A stretch of 61,833 nucleotides of DNA, the filler included. It is 9 parts of 9 records of this genome, joined end to end, with 100 filler letters (N's around TTAATTAATTAA, not from the genome) between each part and the next. Parts side by side here need not be neighbours in the genome. Positions count along the whole stretch, not along the records: positions 54,531 to 58,626 come from SRR15195285_198; positions 58,727 to 61,833 come from SRR15195285_211; 7 more parts are not named here. One strand, given 5' to 3'. Below, one piece after another: positions 56,390-61,833 of the stretch. How positions within the stretch are numbered: position 1 is the stretch's first letter; every line of letters starts with the position of its first letter. The position numbers and the translations under genes were made by a program. The notes beneath the pieces were generated by a model. That model worked only from the letters and a program-made list of their open reading frames with translations. It searched no databases and was not told the DNA's origin.

Positions 56390-58626
56390 CTACTTGTCAG
56401 ATATGGACAGTCGCAGCGCCCTTTCCATGTCTTGGTCGTACGCCGATGACGACCCTGCATCATTCAGCAAGTTGCGCAGGTCCGCTTTGCTCCTCTGCGG
56501 CCGTGATGGCGACAGAGACCTTGAATGTGATCCCGACTGGAGCGGCTGGTCCTTGAATAGATCCTCGCTTTGGCGGTCACCATCGACTTCGATTGGGTCG
56601 TCTTCGTCTGTGTCCCCTTTATCCTCATCACTCGTACCCGTCAGATCACACGCTGTCAAATCAACCGATCTGCAGTCTACTCTTTGGCTGCTGCTTTTGC
56701 GCTTCGGCTGCCGGTGAACTCCGCCATCGACTGGCTCAAGCGAGTTCGACAGCACGTAGATCGCCAGGTAGGCGTGCTTCTGTTTGCGCTCACTGTCAAT
56801 CATGCGCTCAGCAGTGTTGTCAGTGCTGGTAGAGTCATTGTACTCGCGCCACTTCACACGGTATGGCTCCGACTGCATCTCAGAACGCACAGACGCCGAT
56901 CCCTTCACCTTAGGTTTACTCGGAGGAGCTAGCTTGATTGTTGTCGTGTAATGCCCAACATCTGCATGCGATCCAAAATGCGATACCACGCCGTGCAGTT
57001 CGTACTTGGTGGAAGCAGCCTTCGTTGCAGCTCCACTCAGCGTACCCAACCACGGCTCCACCGCCGACGTTTCCCACGGCTCCAGCTTTGCCGACGTGAA
57101 ACGCATCGGCGCTGCAGCTGCCGGAGCTTCTGGTGGCGAATTTGAACACGTCCGTTTCGGTGCCGGCTCACCATCGTTGCATTCGACAACTGATGCGGTA
57201 GACGCTGAGCTCAAGCTTTCCTCGACGGCACGCACAAATTGATCGTGTTCATCTTCGACATCAATCGCGTCCTCAGGCTGCCCAACTCCAGCTGTCTTTT
57301 CGTCTGCTGTGCTCGATGCAGACGATGGGACTACCTCTGCAAGCGATGCAGCAATCGCCTTCTTTAGTTCGTCGTCATATCGGGCGTTTCTGCGGTCGAG
57401 TGAGTTCTGTCCACCACTCAACGAAGCCGTGGAAGGCGATCTCGTGTCCCGATCGCGATGTGCAGCAGATATTCCGTTTGACGATGACAGCCCTAGTGGC
57501 TGCTTCCTTGATTTGATTGCCGAATGCGGGGCAGTCGGCACAGCTCGAGCACGGGTCAGGTCACGGGACGTGTGGGAAGATGGCAGCGCAACCCGCGCAC
57601 CATCAGTGCATTGGTTGCGCACTTCGATTGCATGATCCAGCTTCACCAAGTCCGGCCGCTTGACCGCAATCCATCGAGGCTCAACATTGGTACCGTCTGC
57701 CAGAGTTTTGGCAGGCATAAGCTTGGTGTCGAAGCGTTTCAGGTGCAACACCAATACTCGGGGCAGCGTGACCAGAGCTTTGTGTACAACCGCCGTCTTT
57801 GCCCCACAGCTTTCACATGTCTTCTCTATCGTCTCAGCCGCAAAATATCCATCAAACAATTGCTGGATCGGGACTGCGCTACTGCAACCGGTGGTCCGCG
57901 GATCGCCAGTGCGAGGTAGATCCAGCGAGAGATCGTGGTGTAGTTCACGACGCTTTGATTCGCGATCGCACTCACAGCACACATGCCTATGCTCGATCAC
58001 GCAGCGAAAGTTGAGAGCCGTCGGGCAGATCGGGGGGATATCTGCCGCTGCGGGGCCTTCGGGCACATGCTTCGCACGACTCTGGCGAAGCTCCGCCTGC
58101 ATGAAGTCTAGAATGTCCGTCAGAAACTCATGAGCATCTTGCTGTGCGTTGCCCGCGTACTGCGGGGAGCGGCGGCTGATGCAGTCTTTAAGCCTCTTCG
58201 GGTTGAACACGCTCTGTTCACCGTGCAAACCCTTCACCACGTCAAGCAGCTCCGCGTACAGGCTTGTACCTGTGCGCGTGTCCTCGCCTTCCCCGCGTAG
58301 CCGCCCAGTACAGGTACGCAGGTCATGCACGAACGACGGGAGGCGTAGCAGTGCTTGGAGGATTGCACTCATGTAGCATGTGTTCCCTAGGTTGGTGAGG
58401 CCATCCTGTCGGTAGCCGCCGCCGTAAAATGTCGACGCTCCGGATCGTCTGAATGAAGCAAGGATACCCAGCTGGCTAGCGGAGTGCACCGGGTGTCCAG
58501 CCAGGCTCGGGCGGCGAGAGTGCGTGGCCGAGCTGCCGGTGTGATTTTGCTGCAAATTTTCGTTTTCGTCATTGATATCGCTGTCGCCACCATGTTTTCC
58601 GGCCTTAGCCTCAGGTATTCTGTCTC
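56390..58626 (-). CDS. Ubiquitin-specific protease (C19) with UIMs, USP37-like, 5' partial
   Basis: Cys box GLTNLGNTCYMSAILQAL, QQDAHEFL, LPRVLVLHLKRF, His box YELHGVVSH.G....GHY and W..YNDS. Three UIM-like helices: DELKKAIAASL, DQFVRAVEESL and QDMERALRLSI. Confidence 0.92.
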
Positions 58627-58726
58627 NNNNNNNNNNNNNNNNNNNNNNNNNNNNNNNNNNNNNNNNNNNNTTAATTAATTAANNNNNNNNNNNNNNNNNN
58701 NNNNNNNNNNNNNNNNNNNNNNNNNN
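58627..58726. other. Artificial contig-joining spacer
   Basis: 44 N + TTAATTAATTAA + 44 N. Confidence 0.99.
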
Positions 58727-61700
58727 ACTGTCTGCGTGGCCATGTACCGTTCATGGTCTAATCCACCTTCAACCCACCGTTGATGAGCCTTCTCAAGTGA
58801 GCTGTCGCTCAGGAAACGCCACCTGTTGACCTGGTGGCACACGATGCAACTGCGACATTGCCACAGTCGCTGCAAGACGTTGATCCACAGATTCACGGCT
58901 CGAGATGGCTTTCTGAAAGTGTATTTGACAGATCTGAAATCGTTGCGGTGCGTAAAGTTGTAGTGTACCCCAGCGATCCTCTGTGTCAGAACTGCCAGTG
59001 CGAACGCCATGAACACAAACATCAAAAAGTACACTATGATGTTTATCGTCTCTGTCACAGTATCATCAGTCCTTGGCATGGCAGATCTGCTGGACCCAGT
59101 GTCAGAGTTCGCCAGAGCCAAAACAAGCACAAGAAAGGTCGAAAATAGCGTTGCTGCCTCCGCCCAATTTGCATCTTTGTTGGCAAAGGGCACTGCATGC
59201 ACGTGCGCCATCAACGCAGCTACTGTCACAAAGACATTCCAAAGGATCCCCGCTTGCTCGTGACCGCTCGAAACTTTCGTTCCGACAACCAGGAGCAGTT
59301 TTCGAAATGAAATGCTGACCTCCCACGCGTAGTACTCTTCCCGCATCTTCGTGGAAAGGAATCCGAAGCTCCCCATGAACTCATTTTTTTTCAGTTCCTC
59401 TCTGTGAAAGTACAGAACCAGAAAGAACAACAGAGGAGACCCGAACCCATACATCGTTGTACCAATAAACGCTTTGACTTTCAGGTCAGTGTATTCATCA
59501 TTGCATGGGCTGCACTCAATGTCAGGAGCTGCACTCATGTATTGTTTCCCGTTCAGATTTAGCACACAGTCAAGAGGCTCAAGAGCTGCGCTCGCAAGGA
59601 AAATGTATCCGATCATAAGATAGCCTAGGAAATATCGCTGCATCGCCATGACGACGTCTTGTTGTTGCATTTTAAAAGACTCCGCCAAGCCAAGACGGTG
59701 GTCGCTGGGCACGGGCTCCGGCACTGCCACAGCAGGTTGGGGCTCTGACTCCGGTCCTGGCTCCGGACCCTCAGGCTGTCGCGCTGCATCCAGTGTGCTG
59801 TGTCCAGTAGTTGCCTCTGGGCTCGATGCCTGCACTCTAGACGCTTTGTATACGCGCTTCGCCTCCTTGTACTTGACGTCTAGGCTCGCATCGGATGGAT
59901 TGGTCTGTGCAGCTCTCTTCGCGTCCTTGTAGGCAATTTTGAGGGCTCTGAGGCTAAGGTCCACGGATCTCTGCGGAGAGACATCGCCTATTGCACATGA
60001 CTTATGCACTCCTGATGCACGTGTCGCGCTGGACTCAGATGGCTGTCCCGGTCCCGGCTCTAGCTCTGGCTCTGGCTCTGGCCTTGGTTCTAGCTCTGGC
60101 TCTGGCGGTTGAAACACACCACCTTGCAGCCTCTCCTCAAACTGCAGGGAAGCCTTGTCTTGGGCGGTACTAATAATCTCGTTACTCGAACGTGTAGGTG
60201 GCGACAAGGGTCCCCGCTGTGCAGAAGAGGGAGACACCGGTCGTGACAGCCCAACACTCGTTGCCTGCTGGCAAGATTGTGGTGACATATGTACAGATCC
60301 AGGCCGCTGTGGAGAAGCCGGACGGGTTACTGCAACTAGCTGCTCTGACGTCACACGTGGCCAATTGGTGCTGCCCAAGTATTGCTGTTCCGGATCAGCA
60401 GCATCAGGACGAATCAGTCGGTCTGAAAGGTTGCTTAAGTCTCTCTCAGCCCAGCAGCGGCAGCGGCAGCGGAGACAGCGCATAAAGGTTTGTGCCAATG
60501 CCGAACTGCAACTAGCGCACGTACAGGTCTTCTTGCGACAGCTCACTAACACACCCTTAACGCACACCCAGAAAACACCCAAAACGACCACAAGCACACG
60601 ATACATCAGAACTGCAACAGGTACCATGAACGGCGTTGCCATAATCAGATGCCACTTGTGCCAGTAATCCATGGTGAAAGCACACGCCGGCGGAGGAATG
60701 TCCACGCCGAAGGGGATCAAACTGGAAACAAATTTGAATATCCGGGAGACATCAAAGTTGAAGACAGAAGCAAAACGTCGCGTCCAGTTAACAAATGCCT
60801 CTGGCCAAGCGATATTCACTCCAAGAAAAAGATCTGAGCTCTGCAAGAAATTCATTACGCTCAAGAGAGGTCCTTGGATCGCGCCAGCATGCTTGGCTAA
60901 CTCAGAGAGCTTCGCAAGCGCCGGTGCCGCCAAAAGTAGCACCAGCAGCAAGGCCAAACCAAGTAAACCGTTGCTTCCGTCTGCAGGACATGGCTCACAG
61001 TGTTTGCCTTCACCTGTCGAAACCGCATGCCACTGGTCGAGACCGTCGCAGCTTGGATGCAGGTCTCCACCCTGAGACTTGGCGCAGCACACCTCGCAGG
61101 CGGGTCCCGTGTTGCCTGGGCAGCAGCGGCTTCCGACAACATCTTTGCAACAAGATCCCATGCCGGGACACGCTCCATCTTTCAGCTCACCGCATCCACT
61201 TTTCGGTTCTTTGCAGTCGCTTGGTGCAGGTTTAATGAAACAGTCTTCAGAGCGCTGTCCTGACAGCTCGGGAGGAGTGAACCCATCAAAATCACCCAGC
61301 GTGAAAGTTTTCGATTCCTTATCGTATGGGCAAATGTTCTTCTTCACCTTGTCTTTATACAGTTTCGCAAATTCAATGGATCCTGGACATGCTCCTACAG
61401 ACACGCACTTCAGCAGTTCTGGAACCAGCGCAAATTTAGCAGGTATATAGTGGTCGCTGATCCAGTATCCGGGTTTGGCTATGGGCCAGAGAGTGCCAGG
61501 ATAGGCACACTGAAACCCGACCGACCCGCCCGGAGTGCACGTAGAAGCGATTCTTCCAGAGCCGAGGGGATTGAAGAAGCCCACGTTGGATCGACATCTG
61601 TTGAGCTGTGATCCCATCAATACTTTTTGCATGTCGGTGCTGCTAGTTCCTTGTGGGCAGACAGTAAACGCTTTCTTATGCACATCTGTGACAGATGGCA

Positions 61701-61833
61701 CACCTGTGCCCGGCACAAGTTGGCCGACACACCCTGTGTTGTCGCGGCAGTCGTTGCACGGGCCTTTGGCATTAGCTGGACATAGATAAATGGAAATGAA
61801 GAACACACCGTGCTCGGTAAACTGGTGGCTGAA
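58727..61833 (-). CDS. Cys-rich ectodomain + multi-pass membrane protein with large Pro/Glu-rich cytosolic insert; partial at both ends
   Basis: AKPGYW...C....ACPG...C..GNTGPAC..C ectodomain, then WP..F, PACAF, FGFL....REEYYAWE....RKLLLV and PF....N motifs typical of protist Cys-rich multi-TM receptor-like proteins. PEPE tract near 60050-60105. Confidence 0.75.

Noticed and set aside
9269-58726. Eight identical TTAATTAATTAA elements that could look like a repeat array or insertion site
   Set aside because: Each is centred in exactly 100 nt with N padding, so it is a concatenation linker. ORFs ending in X...LIN are artefacts of it.
1-61833. Apparent membrane-trafficking/lipid gene cluster (ABCA, anoctamin, SMS, SEC14, TRAPPC5, beta-adaptin, NAGLU)
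   Set aside because: The genes lie on different contigs, so their adjacency is artificial.

Overview
This is not a prokaryotic locus. It is eukaryotic genomic DNA in nine unrelated contigs joined by artificial 100-nt spacers (44 N + TTAATTAATTAA + 44 N), so nothing can be inferred from adjacency across a spacer. The genome is compact and GC-rich, with short GT-AG introns (about 75-160 nt). I reconstructed 36 donor sites by hand; most junctions restore conserved protein motifs. The source looks like a free-living unicellular protist; the style recalls picozoan-type single-cell assemblies, but that is unverified inference. Genes: a 14-intron ABCA transporter, an anoctamin, an ankyrin/coiled-coil protein, a >3,100-aa filamin-Ig/REJ/GPS-like/Cys-repeat surface protein, a PH-IQ-EF-hand protein, a sphingomyelin/IPC synthase-like protein, an LNR-like/SAM membrane protein, TRAPPC5, two tail-to-tail ZIP transporters, a SEC14-GOLD-EF-hand protein, a WSC protein with an M6PR/ATG27-type tail, a plant-type arginase, a GH89 NAGLU-like enzyme, a SPRY protein, beta-adaptin, a UIM-bearing USP and a Cys-rich multi-TM protein. 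Most notable: (1) nested GTAC/CTAG/AGCT palindromes concentrated upstream of gene starts; (2) strict strand alternation of neighbouring genes; (3) a +4C-dominated 5' splice site; (4) 16- and 18-nt microexons encoding ABC catalytic motifs; (5) a PTS2-like signal on the arginase; (6) a GH89 apparently lacking its acid/base Glu; (7) a WSC/M6PR-tail chimeric receptor. I found no rRNA, tRNA, CRISPR array or recognisable transposase.
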